This document shows, piece after piece, positions 1 through 30,433 of a stretch of DNA of 64,000 nucleotides (within the stretch, counting starts at the first letter, position 1; every line of letters begins with the position of its first letter). Location: assembly GCA_965112735.1 (NCBI GenBank), contig OZ218965.1, positions 1,550,001-1,614,000 of the forward strand, in the 5' to 3' direction. The stretch comes from Phaeosaccion multiseriatum (lineage: Eukaryota; Protista; Ochrophyta, other classes). The notes beneath the pieces are model-generated. The model searched no databases. It was not told the origin of the DNA and worked only from the letters and a program-made list of their open reading frames with translations. The translations under genes and the position numbers were made by a program.

Positions 1-323
1 GGGGAGCGGGCTGGCTTGTGGCGCCGATATAGAAGGGAGGGAGGAGAGGAGAGGAGGCAAGGAGAGAAAGAAAGAGCAAAGACCTTCTTCTTCTTGCTAC
101 ACACGCCCCCTTGGAGGAGGTGTGGCGGTAGCAGGAGCGGTGGTAGCACGCCCCCCCCCGGGAAAGGAAGAGAAATCGGCCCCAGGAGCGAGCGAGGACT
201 GAGAAGGGTTGGGCGTCCTATGTACCCAACCCCCTCCACCTCCCGGCCAGGACGTCTTTGTCTTTCGAATCATCGCAGGAGGCGACTCCTCTGAAATACA
301 CAATTATTTACGTTTCACTTTAA

Positions 324-569
324 CACTCGATTTGCGTAAGAATTGCCCAAATCGCCCCCAAAAATCTGGACACACGCAGCAAAATGTCGCTGGGAGAAGC
401 GCTGTAGCTCTTCGTGTAGCTCTTTGAGATGCCTATCGATCACATAGTCTTTCGTCTTTCATCGCTTTTTCCCTTCCCTACTCGTCAGCATTCTTTCTGC
501 AAGAGCACTCCCCCTTGCCGCCCGATCCCTTAAACGGGCGATTTGGGCGATTCTTACGCAAATCGAGTG
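324..569. mobile_element. MITE-like non-autonomous DNA transposon with 34-bp terminal inverted repeats
   Basis: 324-357 CACTCGATTTGCGTAAGAATTGCCCAAATCGCCC is the reverse complement of 536-569 with 1 mismatch. Interior is non-coding. Left flank TTAA, right flank GTAT, so the TSD is imperfect. Confidence 0.75.
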
Positions 570-662
570 GTATACATACATTCACTACAGGCCCGCTCTG
601 GCGTACCGTACACCGTCTTTGGGTTCCTCACCGTACCCCACCTCATAACAACCAACAACCAC

Positions 663-1949
663 TCACGTCGCGGTCAGAACGGACGATGCCGCTTCCAAAG
701 CCCTCGCCACTTGTTCTTCTTCCTGCCGCCTCCTCGCCATCGCCCCTCTCTCCGAGCCCTCCGAGGATCTCCTCCTCTCTTTATTCACCACCGCTCCTCT
801 TCCTCGCCTCGCTCCTCCTCCTCCTCCTCCTCCTCCTCCTCCTCCTCCTCGTCCTGCCCCTCGCTCTCCAGCCCCCTCTGCTGCCACTGTGCGTGTGCCT
901 CCCTCTCCGGCCCAAGGCAACACACTTCTGCCCACCCCTGAGGATCTGCTGCCGCGCCGCTCTGCTGCAGGGCTTTGATTGACTGTGCGTGCGTGTGCCG
1001 CAGGGGAGGGGTGGGCGTGCACGTGAGCCTGGCTTGCCGCAGAAAGGGAAGGAGCGGTAGCAGCAGCCGCGTGATTGCGAGGCTTAGCGGGTGGTGGAGA
1101 GCTATACGCCTTCTTCTCCTTCTCGCCCTCCCTGCCTCTGCTCCTCCTCCTGTCGCTGTGGCTGTGGCTGCTACCGCTGTAACCGCCGCCGGCGGAGATG
1201 CGGCGGGTGTAACGGTCAACGGACTCGCAAGACAAAGGCACAGACACGGCGTCCTTGGCTGCCTGTCTGCTGCGGCTGACACTGCCGCCCGCCTGCAGAA
1301 GCTCTGCCTGCAGGGGGCTGTCCAGCAGGTGTGGGGGAGGCATCGTCTTGTCTGTCTCGTCTGCCCTCTCTGCTTTCTTTGTGTAGAAATCGTACATGGG
1401 CACCGCTCCTCCTCCTCCTCCTCCTCCTCCTCTGCTGCTGCTACTGCTGTTGCTGCTGCTTCCCTCTCTGGCTCTGCTGCTGATGTTGCTGCCCTGGACC
1501 CTTGTAGCGCTACTGCCACTACCATTGTCCTGCGAACGCGCTAAGGCCCTCTCCGGCTGTATCACCAACTGCTGCTGATGCTCCTGCTGCTGCTGCCATC
1601 TGTGACTCTGCTGCCCTGGACCTTTGCCCTGCGGTCTGTCCCTGCTACTACTAGTGCTGGTGGTGTTGCAAAGAAAGCAATTCCGAAGCTGGTGCTTGGG
1701 GCAGCCCTCCCCAGCGAGAGGAACACCTCCTCCTCCTCCTCCTCCTCCTCCTCCTCCTCCTCCTCCTCCTCCTCCTGCTGCTGCTGCTGCTGCTGTAGCG
1801 GTCCCCAGGGGGTCCCAAGACGACGAGGACAGTGCCATTCGTCCCACCAACCCCCGAGAGCTGTTGTCATCTGTGATATTGCTGCTGCTGCTTCTAATGC
1901 CATCAGGTACCATCGCCAATGATGCCGCTCCGAGCCTCTCTGCGTGAGG

Positions 1950-1981
<32 letters not shown>

Positions 1982-4900
1982 GACGAGGGTCGCGCAAGAA
2001 GGGGAGCGAAGAGGAGCGGCGCCCCATCCCGTGTCCGGGTACATCCGCCGCCAGCAGTGGAGAGGATATGACTGACGACGAGAAGGAGGAAGTCGAGCAG
2101 AGCACACAGTCCTGGAGGAAGTGCTTGGCGCAGCAGTTGGTGATACCGTCACCAGCTGTGGCAACTGGCTGGGAGAGGCCCAGACCCTGTGAGGGTGAAG
2201 CCAGGGGGAGGAATTGGTGGTACGGAGCATAGACGTTACCGCTGTGACTGTGACTGTAACGACCACTGCTGTCCACCGCCAGGCCGTGCGTGGGGGAAGA
2301 GTGAGGAGCCCCAGCCCCATGTTCCGAAAGCTGCTGTACCACCAACTGCTGCAGAGGTTGCAGAGGCGAGGAGGGGTCGCACAAGACGCATCTGCGGAGG
2401 CCGTGCCGCTCGCAGCAGGGATCATGATCACCATCGGCACTGGCACTGTGCGTGGAGGCACCGTGTGATGTTGAGGATGCCGCTCCGCCATACCGGTTAC
2501 AGTTACCAGTTGCATCCTTGACGACGCTGCGAGCACCAACCCGGGCTGGAGCAGGAGCGGGAGCAGGAGCGGGAGCAGAAGGAGAAGGAGGAGCAGGAGC
2601 AGGAGCAGGAGGAGAGACCAATGTGCCACTCCCTCCCTCTTGCCCTTGCCCGGTGACTAGCGCCGGTGCTGGTGGTGGTGGCGTGACCGCCCCTGAGGGG
2701 GCGCGGGCAACCTCGGACTGGCCTTGACCCATGCAATGCTGCTGCTGCTGCTGCGCGTCTCGGTGCCCGTCTGGGCGGCGCTGATCGCCTTTTCGGTTGC
2801 TGGTCATGGTCATGAGGCGGACAAAGTTGCTCGGAAAGAGCCCTTTTCGCCCTCTGCACTCTCCCATCCACCACCCGTCCGCCCGCTGGTACCGTACCTG
2901 AGTAAGGAACAAGAGAGAGGCGTATGGGGAAGGAGGGAGCGGCAGCAGGAGGAGTAGAGAGAGGGAGCGTCAGACTTTGCTTTGCTTTGCCTTGCATTGC
3001 TATGGCTGCGCAGCAGCAGAGATCTCTTCAGCTGGACACTTACGTCGCTCCCTCTCCACCCACCCACCCGCCCACGGACTCACCCATCCACACAAGCACC
3101 TACCTGTACTACGTCTCCCACGAGAATATCGAGGTCTCCCTCGGCCTCTCCTTCGAAGTCGAACAGCGCCTCTGCACGCACCTCTGCCGAGCCCCCCCCC
3201 CCCCCTCGCCCCCCCCTCCCCTCCCGCCTCCGCCGCCTCGGTGCTATCCTCGCTATCCTTCTCGTCTTCGGACGCAGCCCCCCCTGGAGAGCCCTCCCCC
3301 CCTGGAGAGCCATCCCCCCCTCCCTCCTCCTTCTCACCCTCCCACCCTTCCTCGTGAAAGGTATCACCGCAATCACGCTCGTGAGGAGGAGAAGGATGAT
3401 GATGATGATGGTGGTGGTGGAGGTGATGGTCTTCTTCCTCATCTTCGTCCTCCTCCTCGTCGTCGTCGTCCTCCTCCTCCTCCTGCCCTCCGTCGACGCC
3501 CCTTTCCCCATCAACACCACCACCACCAACACCCTTCTCCTTGTGCCCGCCGCTCCCCCCCCCCCCCCTCCCCCTCCCCCTCCCCCTCCCCCTTCCCCTC
3601 CTCCTTCTGCCTCCTCCGAACACTCTCATCAAACCTGGCCTTCCACACTTCCACCTCAGTGACCAGCTCCTCCTCTCGATGTGCAAACCTCTCCATTAGT
3701 GCCGTGACGGCCTGGTCCTGCGCGGCGTCTGTGTCTGCAGCCACCTCCAGTCCGGCGGCGCTTCCCTTGCGCCGCCGCCGCTGCTGCTGTATCACCAACT
3801 GCTGCTGCTGTGTCCGGTGCTGCTTGTGCGGCACACGTGGGGGCGGCTGGTGCTTCTTTGATGACGACAATAACGACAATTGGGTACCCGACAAGGGGGC
3901 ACCCAATCGAGACAAGGAAGAAGGAGTCCCTCGACCGCCTGCATCACCTTTGCCCTGCACAGTCCGAGCGCTGTTCCGAAGGCTTTGGTCCTCGGCGGTG
4001 GTGACGCCTCCCCTGGACACCTCCGCACTCATGGCACTCGCACGACTACTTGCGCTCCCACTCCTGCCGCGACTAACACCTCTCTGTGAGGGATGGGTGG
4101 CAGGAGATTTGGCCGGCCATCGAGTGCTGTGGAGGCTGTTGCTGCTGCTGTTGCTGCTGCTGCCGCTGCTGCTGCTCCTACTAAAACTACGCCTGATGCC
4201 CATCTCAGCGCCACTGTTGCCACTGCCTCTGACACTGCCACTACTGCCGGAGGAGGCACTGTAGTATTTGAGCTGTTGCCTCAGCCTCCGAATCTCCTGT
4301 CGCGCCTTGTGTAGCAGCTCCGCATCACCCACCACCGTGTTGAGTGTGAGCCTTCGCGTGATCATGCGAGAGCAGCGAGAGGCAAATGCCAATGTGCTGC
4401 TGCTCTCGTCCTGGGCCTCCGAAGCGGGGTCGAGCGTGACAATCACCAGCGTGTGAGTGTTCCCACCCAGGGAGTCTTGCAGTAGGCGGGTGAGGGCGCT
4501 GTCCCTGTAGGGTATGTGCCCCCTGCCTCTCTCCCCCAGCGCCGCGATGCAGTTACCAAGGGCACTAAGGCTCGTGTTGATTCTCGTCATTTCTTTGGTC
4601 GTCTCATCCGCCGCGGACACGCTTGACCCATTCGACACACATGACACTCTTCCTCCTCCCGCCCCCCTCTGTAGCTCTCCTCCTTCTCCTCCCACCGCCA
4701 CTTCTCCTCCTCCTGCTTCTTCTGCTCCTCCTCCCGCTTGCTGCCCATCCGCTCCTGCCACCTTCCCCCCTGTCACCACAGCAGTTCCCGGGCCTGCCCC
4801 TGTCCCCCACTTCTCGCTGCCTGCCAAGTCCACCAGGGTCAGCTTGGCTCTCCGAATCTGCGTGGTGAGGTCCAGGCTCTCTCCGGGTGGGGCGGCTTGT

Positions 4901-6225
4901 CTACCTTCCTCCTCTTCCTTCTCCACCTCCTCCTCCTCCTCCTCCTCCTCCTCCTCCTCCTCCTCCTCCTTCTCCACCACCTCCTCCTCCTCCTCGCCCT
5001 TCTCCTTCTGCTCCTCCTCCTCCTCCTCGCCCCTCTCCTTCTGCTCCTCATCCTTTCCCTCCTCCTGCCACTCTTCCTGCTTCTCCTCCTGCGCCAGCTT
5101 TTCCTCCTTCCCCTCCTCCTCCTCCTCCTCCCGTGAAACCCCCCCCCGGCCTGTGACGGCGCCGCCATCTCCCTGTACTTCCCGCAGCGCCGCCGTAATT
5201 GCTGCTGTATCACCAACTGCTGCTGCTCCTTCCTCTTCCCTTGACCTGTGCGTTCCTCCTCCTCCTTGTGGTGCTGATGTTGCTGTTGGTACTCCAGCCT
5301 CCACCCCCACCTGTGACGGGGGGTACTCCATCTCCAGACTGAGCTGGAGAATAGCGTGGGAGCGACTGCTGTGTGCATTGAGCTGTTGGGGGACACGCAC
5401 GCACGTACATGCACACAAAACACACGCACACACCCACACCCATGCCCACATCCACACCCACACCCACACACACCCACACCCACCCACACCCACACGCACA
5501 CACACACACACGCACACACACACACGCACATGCGTTTGATAAGGTAAGTAGGGGCATCGGTTACGGAATAGAACCGCCATTAAGAAGTCAGTGACCTCAC
5601 AGTGCACCAACCCCCCCGCGTGAGGAGAGAGCCCGGCCAGTAAGCCTAAGAATACGTGAGATTACGTAAGATCGCGGAAGTAGCATCTTGCTTACCTCCG
5701 TCGCTCTGCTGGCCCTGCTCCTCGCGCCCCTGCGCAGCAACTCCATCACCTCATGCGCGCTCTCCACTCTGTGCTCTGATAGCCCCTGCACGTACACGCT
5801 GCAGTCGGAATCCTCTCGATCCGTCGACTCGCGTATAGCCAGGGCTGGATTCTTCTTGTCCCTCTTACCCCCTGCGGTCGTGGCTCCACCCCCACCTCCC
5901 GTCTTGGTGCCAAGTAGGTCAAACACCTTGTCGTTGTAGATCTGCAAGTAGGAGCAGTGCACTGTGTACGCACATTGGATCACCGGAGTGTTATTCTCAT
6001 CCCCTCCTCCTCCTCCTCCTCCTCCTCCTTCTTCTTCTTCTTGTTGTTGTTTTTCTTCTTCTTCCTCTCCCCCCTCTCCCGCTGCTGCGCTTCCCAAGAA
6101 CCCCGTCCCCGGCTTCTTTACCGTGTCCTCCCTCAGCCTCTGAAACACGTCCTCCATCGCTCGAGGGATGACCCCCCAGTCTCTGTCTCTGTCTCTCTCC
6201 TTCGATGTTCCCGCTCCTTCCTCCC

Positions 6226-6262
<37 letters not shown>

Positions 6263-6724
6263 GAAGCCTCTCCCGAGCATGGTATGAGTCTTCCCAGACC
6301 CCGTCTGACCGTAGGCAAAGAGCGTCGTATTGTAGCCCCGTGTGCACATCTCCACGGCGGCCCGTACTTCATCGTACACCTCCCCCTGCCCTGCCTCCTC
6401 CCCCAGAACGGCATCGAACGAATGCTTGATCTCCGCGGACCCGTCTCTGGATTTAACAAACACGCTCCTCCGGTCTTGCGGGCTTGTACGCACTGCCCTT
6501 GCGCAAACTTGATTCCCTCGCGGCTGCTCCTGCTCTCCCACCGCAATGGGCCGGACCCTGACCAGTACTCTAACTCGGGGCGACCCTCGACGCGCACTTT
6601 TCCCTCCTCTTGATGATGATGATGCTGCTGCTGCTGCTGCTCCTGCTGCTGGTGGTGGGGTCGGTTGGGGGCGAGGCCTCTGGTCATCATGCCTCTCCCC
6701 CTCTTCCTCCGCTGGGAGCGCCAC
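663..6724 (-). CDS. Kinesin motor protein with probable C-terminal coiled coil, acidic tract, SH3 domain and three CxxHx4CxxC repeats (multi-exon; start and stop approximate; two apparent homopolymer frameshifts)
   Basis: Motor motifs VRVLVRVRP, FAYGQTGSGKTHTM, SYLQIYND, RATE|LNAHSSRSH (intron 5383-5695), LVDLAGSE, INTSLSALG, HIPYRDSALTRLLQDSLGGN. SH3 = AEALFDFEGEAEGDLDILVGDVVQ|VRYQRADGWWMGECRGRKGLFPSNFV, split by an intron at ~2898-3104. Motor and SH3 are secure; their linkage is inferred. Confidence 0.75.
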
Positions 6725-7322
6725 TGCTGCTGCTGCTGCTCCCTCGCATGCAGCACACCCCTATCTCTCATGTAGCACAGAGCTTGTGGTGACCTCCACG
6801 CCCAGAGGAGGCTGACTGGTATAAAAAGGGCTCGCTCCCCGAGCAGTTGGAAATCGAGTACTTCACAGATGGCGCGAAGCACCAAAGAGGGAGAGCCATC
6901 CTCGTTAAGACAACCATAGATGGCACTTAACGGTGCACTATTTTTTTCAGTCCTCCTCTCTCTTCATTTTTTTTTTCTCTTCTCAGATCGTACTTCTATC
7001 AGATACATTTCTCTCCGGATCCTCTCCGAACACACCCCTCCTCTTCAGGCGTATCTCTTCTGAAAGTCCTTTCCCCTGGATCCTCTTACGGGGCACATTC
7101 TCTGGGTGCAGTGAGGTACAAGGAGGGAAACCTCTGGGGTGGTATTATTTGGGGGGAGGTTTGACGTGACGTGAAAGGCATGTCCTCTTCTTGGACGTAG
7201 CATTTAACAGAGACAGATCAACGTTCTCTACTTTCTAAAGAGAGGGGGGGGGGGGGGTCGTTACTTTCATCTGTGGCTGAAGAAGAGAGCTCTGCCTTCA
7301 AAGTTGGTTTCACATCGTGTGC

Positions 7323-10537
<3,215 letters not shown>

Positions 10538-11376
10538 CTCAGTGGCGGTCTGTGAAGGCCAAACGAGCGAGGGCACCGCACCAAGGGACAGAGGAAGGGT
10601 ACGGAGTGTGCTGAGGGTACACTTCAGCTTAGCTTGCCTCGCTCTACTTGCTTGCTTGCTCGCCTCGCTCTACTTGCTTGCTTGCTTGCTTGCTGGCTCG
10701 CTTTCTTGCTGGCTTGCTGGCTTACGTACGGCAAGCCGCGGTCAGGCAGCAGGAACAGCGGGAAAGGGGGGAGAGGGAGCGGGAGATGGAGCGACGCCTC
10801 CCTACGCTTTTAGTTGTTGTTTTTTGCAGCTGGAGTCACTCTCAGGGGCGCCAAGCACTCACACACAAGGGAGGGCAGTCCTGCATTTTTGTACTATAGC
10901 CCAAAGCTCACACTCATTCATCTCCCGGCAGGCAGGCCTGTTTGTAAAAAACTACTATTAAATCTCCCGGTAGGTCTGTCTCGGTTAACAAACACAGGTT
11001 GGGGTGGGGAGACCCAAGTTCCACCGTTTGGAGGGCGCAGAGAGCTTAACGAAGGAAGAAAGGAGCTGTTCTTTCAGATGTTGCTAAACTAATTTTACTT
11101 ATTATTCTCTAACTATAAAAGCGGCTGTGTTACCTCCTTGTGTTCTGTCTCGCCGCTCAAACGACGTACAAAAATAACACACGCACACATACCCTCGGTG
11201 TAGTGCACAAAAATCAACATTCAAGCCTACAACTAAAGCAAGACTCCACCATCTTGTCTCTTCTTCTCTCTCCCTCTCTCTCTCACTCTCTCTCTCCTTT
11301 CTATTTAATATCTCATGTCCCAATCTACTTACGTTTACTTAAACTAGTAGCTCAAAACTTCAAAATCACCAGTCCC

Positions 11377-16261
<4,885 letters not shown>

Positions 16262-16684
16262 GGTGCACTTCTAATGGTCGATTGGCCGGCCACTTTCTCC
16301 CTCTCTCTCTCTGCGATCCCCCTGCTATGTCTACTCCGGTCCCTTGCGTCCTCTGCCGGTAGGGCGACTTCGTGCACCTTGGGCTTTCCTGAGGCCTCCT
16401 CCCGTGGGCGTCTGTGTTTTCCAAAATCGGGCTCCAAATATTTCCATTCCGTGCATCAGTAATACAGAATTCAAATCAATTAAGCGGACACTGGAAACTG
16501 AGATGGCAACTCACGGCCTTGGCCGTAAACATAACGGGGGAGGAGGAGTTGATAGAGAGAGAGAAAGAGAGAGATCAAGAGAAGAGACAAAGGGAAACTG
16601 GAGGTGGGGGTGTGGGGGTGGATGTGGAGAGGCAGGGCGGTGGCCAAGGAGTAACGGCCGAGCGCCGTCCGCCCGCGAGTCGCG

Positions 16685-17868
16685 ATGAATGGGGGCCCAC
16701 GCCCTCAGGGAAGGAAGCTCAGCACGGGAAGCTTCCACTTTAAGAAGCTAGACGTGTTCAAGAAGGCCGTGGATGGGGTAAACACGACGTCTGTGGTGGG
16801 CGGGGCCATCACGGTAGTGTCCATCATGCTCATGCTAGTGCTGTTCTTTGGCGAGTTGAGTGCCTACCTGAACTTCGGAGGAAGAATGGCCAGCTTTATG
16901 ACCGTGGACGGCAGCCCGGGAGACGCCGGCCTAGAGAAGGTCAAGGTGAGCATCAAGATCACCTTTCCCTACCTGCCGTGCAAGGACCTGGACTTTGTGG
17001 TGGACAACTTGAGGGGCGGGGAGCGGGAGGTGGAACACCGAGTGGTGAAGCGGCAGGCGTACTGGACAGAGGTCGGTACCAGTCGCTTCACCAAGGACGT
17101 TGGCTGCACGCTCGAGGGGGCTGCAAGTGTGGGCAAGGTGTCCGGGGCGCTTCGGTTTTGGGTGAGGAATCACAACCCGCATCGCTTACTCGTCAACCAG
17201 TTCGGCCAATTATGTAAGTCGTCTGATTGGATTGGGTTGAAGGGGGTTCCCATTACCTCTCTTGTTGGTAGCATTCGGGGGGATTGGCCCTCTCCCGACT
17301 ATCCCTGCCCTCTCTGCCCTACTGTGCATTAGAAAAGTCTTGCTGCCAACCTACCTACTTACCCAAAGTCCTGCTGCTGCTGTACCACCAACTGCTGTCC
17401 CATACCGCAGCCTACTCCGGCGACGAGACCCCAGAAGAGCACGGTGACGGGCCCAACATCTCACACATCATCCACGAGCTAAACTTTGGGGATTCCATGA
17501 AGGGAGGGCGGGCAACACCACTAAAGGGCAGAGAGGCAGACGGCAAGGGGGGTGGGCAGTTCTCGTACCACCTCCGTCTCGTGCCTACCCAATACAAGGC
17601 CCAACAGGGCTTTGAGTACTCCATGGACAGCAGCAGGCTCAACGAGCGATCGGCGCTGGGGGAGGCGAGCAAGGCGGGGGACAGGGGGCTGGGCGTGAAC
17701 ATTCAGTACAAGTACGCCCCCATTTTGGTGCGCTACACTGAGGACAGCTCGGGCTTCCTCGAGTTTATCACCAACACGTGTGCGATTGTGGGGGGCATCC
17801 TAACGGTTAGCGGCGCGCTCGTCAACTGCATTCAGGGCGGAAACGAGATGCGGAAAAAGCATGATTAG
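16685..17868 (+). CDS. ERGIC / Erv41-Erv46 family COPII vesicle protein
   Basis: FKKLDVFKK...SVVGGAITVVSIMLMLVLFFGELSAYL, ITFPYLPC, GCTLEG...KVSG, NISHIIHELNFG, FLEFITNTCAIVGGILTV, C-terminal KKHD dilysine motif. Intron 17214-17410. Confidence 0.9.
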
Positions 17869-18195
17869 GAGGAACGGTGCTTGCATGCATGCCTAATGAT
17901 GGGAAAGGGGAGCACACGGGACAAAAAGTAATTGCTTTCTCCCTCACTCACTCACACATCATTTATATAATAGATTGTGTGCATGTATCTGGTTGTAGCA
18001 ATTGTACGATAACATTTAGAGCGCCACAGGAAGAAAAGCCTGCACATCCCCCCGGGGGGGGCAAGAGATCTGCCTACCGAGCCTGCCCACCTCCCCCGTA
18101 CGTACGTTCGTACGTACGTACCTACCTACCTACCTGCCTGCCAACCGGCCCACCGACCTGCCTCCCGATCTGCCTACCCACCCACCGACGGCAGC

Positions 18196-28022
<9,827 letters not shown>

Positions 28023-28310
28023 GCTTCACTATGGAGGAGAGAGAGAGGGTGGGGAAATGAACAAAGGCAAGACAAGCAATTTAAAAAACCGGCAGTAAGT
28101 CAACGATCATGATCCTCTCACGCTCGTCTGCACCCTGGAACTGGAAAGTCTTTGGCGCTCCTAAACTTCATGAACTCCTCTTACGATCATCCTCTTACTC
28201 CTCTACAAGCGCGAGCTTACGGCCTAATCGATCCTGGCGTGCTACTGGCTTCATGGTGATAACCAGGCAATAAAAAAAGTGAAGGGAGACAGCAAATAGA
28301 AAAAGATGAG

Positions 28311-28317
28311 AAAAAAA
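28311..28317 (-). terminator. RNA polymerase III oligo-T terminator of tRNA-Arg
   Basis: T7 immediately after the discriminator base on the minus strand. Confidence 0.75.
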
Positions 28318-28390
28318 CGACCTAGCTTGGATTTGAACCAAGGACCAGCACCTTAGGAGGGAGCCATTCTATCCACTGAACTACAAGGCC
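28318..28390 (-). tRNA. tRNA-Arg (anticodon CCT)
   Basis: GGCCTTG TA GTTC AGTGGATA GAAT G GCTCC CTCCTAA GGTGC TGGTC CTTGG TTCAAAT CCAAG CTAGGTC G folds as a 73-nt cloverleaf with the A20 Arg determinant. Confidence 0.9.
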
Positions 28391-29187
28391 GTAGTGAGGA
28401 TCAAGACGAGTTTTCAGGGCTTTTGAAGCTTGTCGGACTAAGTTGTGGCCACCCCCCCCCCATGACCAAGAGAAGGCTGGCGAGGAACGAGTGTGTGTGT
28501 GGAAGGGCTGGGGACGGGGGGGTGGGGGTGTGGAGCGTTTTTAAAGCTGGAGCGGTACTGATTGGGGAGGTTGGGGCTCGGCTGATCGAGTCCATCTAGC
28601 GAGCCCCCCTCGTGACAGCTCTCTCCTCCTCTCCTCTCCTCTCCTCCTCCAAGTAGCTCCCTACTCGTGGCCGCGGCCGTCCCTGATCACCCCTTCTCTC
28701 CACTGGAGGTGATCGTACGTCTGCTCGCATGTATCAAGGAGTGAGCGAGCGCACGTATTGGGGCAGTGAGAGGCAGGTGCGCTGCCCACAAAGAAGAGCC
28801 AAACACCCCCCTCCTCAACACCCTGCCGCCCGCACGCACCCACGCAGGCACGTACCCACGCACCGACGCAAGGCCGGCGCATCCCCATCTTCCCCCCCCC
28901 TCCTTCGGCCCTCTCTCTCTCGAAGCAGAGACTACCCGCGTGCACCGGGCAGTCTGAGGCCCCTCTTCCTTGGGGATTCATCGACACGGTTGGAACACTG
29001 GCTCTGGCCTTATATGCCTCGCGTGCGCCGCGCCCGTTCTGAGGAGGGCCCCTGGGGATTCATTGACATGGTTGGAATGCCGGCTCAGGCCTTGCTTCCT
29101 TTCATTCCTTTACAAACAAACCTATGTACACACATACATACTCAATAAGCATCGATTGATGGGTCTTGGGGGTGGGTCACGGGATGG

Positions 29188-30433
29188 TCATCGGAGAGCC
29201 TCGTCTTCCTTGTCACCCCCTTCATCGCCGGCTCTTCTCTCCTCCTCTCCTCCTCCGTGTTCTGCTGCCTCCTCCTGCGAGCACACGTACTGCTGGCCTG
29301 CGGGGCCCGAGGGGTGGTGTGTACGGCAGATGGTAAACAGGGGGCAGGCAAAAGTGAGAAGAGTTGATTGACTCAATCAGTATCGCGCGTGCGACCAGCG
29401 GTGAGAAGAATTGATTATGTACCGTCCACGCGTCACAAGTATCATAGTGCAGCAACTTTAACGTGCGTGAGTGAGCCCGAGCTGCACACTCCGAGTGCCG
29501 TTTTGCGAGGCGAGCCCCGCTTGCTTGCGCGCAGTCCCATGGCTCAAGAGGACGTGGACAACTCACATTCTCGGGCCACCTCTTGGAGACTACATCTTCC
29601 CTTCTTGTTCGCCAAGAACGCAGCCTGCAGGAAGGGGGAGGGGGGGGGGGGGATGTGTGAAGTTCCGAAAGAGCAAGAAGCAAGCGTGCTCACCCAACAA
29701 GCCTGTCAACCAAGCACTTTGTTTGCAGAGCACCCTCCTCCCTCCAACCTGTACGCTCTGTCCCGGCCCCCGCCCCTCTTCCTCAAGTGGAAAACTTCCT
29801 TACCAAGGCTTCCATCTCCTGTGGCGTAAAGGAGACGTAGCAGCCCCTGTCAGCGTCCAGCACACCGGTGAGCAAGCCCTCCTTGTCCAAGGACTCCACA
29901 AGGCTCACCGCCAGGGCATACCCTTGCCCCAGGTCCGCCGCCAGAGTCTCTATTGAAAGGACCTTGCTCTCCTTGGCCAGCGTCAATACCCTCGCTCGCT
30001 GAAAAGCCCGCGTCTCTGCTGCACTTTGGGCAGGTTGCCGCTCCCGCTGCTTGCCCACAGTGGCGTTACCCACCCCCCGAGCCTTTGCCCGGTCAGCCTC
30101 CTCCTCCTTCTCCTCGAATGCCCTCTCCCTCTCCAGCCTCCTCTGCTCATAGGCGCTGGGCTTCAGCTCCCTGGCCCTCCTTGCCTCCCGCTCAGCTTCT
30201 GCTGCCCTTCTCACCTCTTCTGCGGCGGCCTTTTTAGCCTCCTTCCTCTTCCTACGCTCGGCTTGCTTCCTCCCCTCCCTCTTCTCTTCCCTCTTCCCTT
30301 GCTCCCTCTCCTCCACCTGGATTGATGGCCGAGTGAGGTAAAACAGCCCTACCGCGACGAGGGCCAACCCGCTAAAGGAGAGTAGCAGGAGCCCGCCGTT
30401 CCCCAAGCCAAAACCAAACCCTTCCGCGTCCAT
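29188..30433 (-). CDS. DDRGK1: DDRGK domain-containing protein 1 (UFBP1, UFM1 pathway)
   Basis: N-terminal TM, charged coiled coil, then KVLSIETLAADLG...GLLTGVLDADRGCYVSFTPQEMEAL|AAFLANKKGRCSLQEVARE matching the DDRGK winged-helix region. Introns 29625-29803 and ~29298-29566. Confidence 0.85.

Noticed and set aside
3192-3570. Programmed ribosomal frameshifting in the kinesin-SH3 gene
   Set aside because: Both shifts fall in long C homopolymers, so sequencing error is much more likely.
17766-17775. TATCACCAAC in ERGIC (and at ~40206-40215) as a copy of the 15-bp motif
   Set aside because: Only a 10-bp match, explained by the coding sequence FITNTC; not counted.
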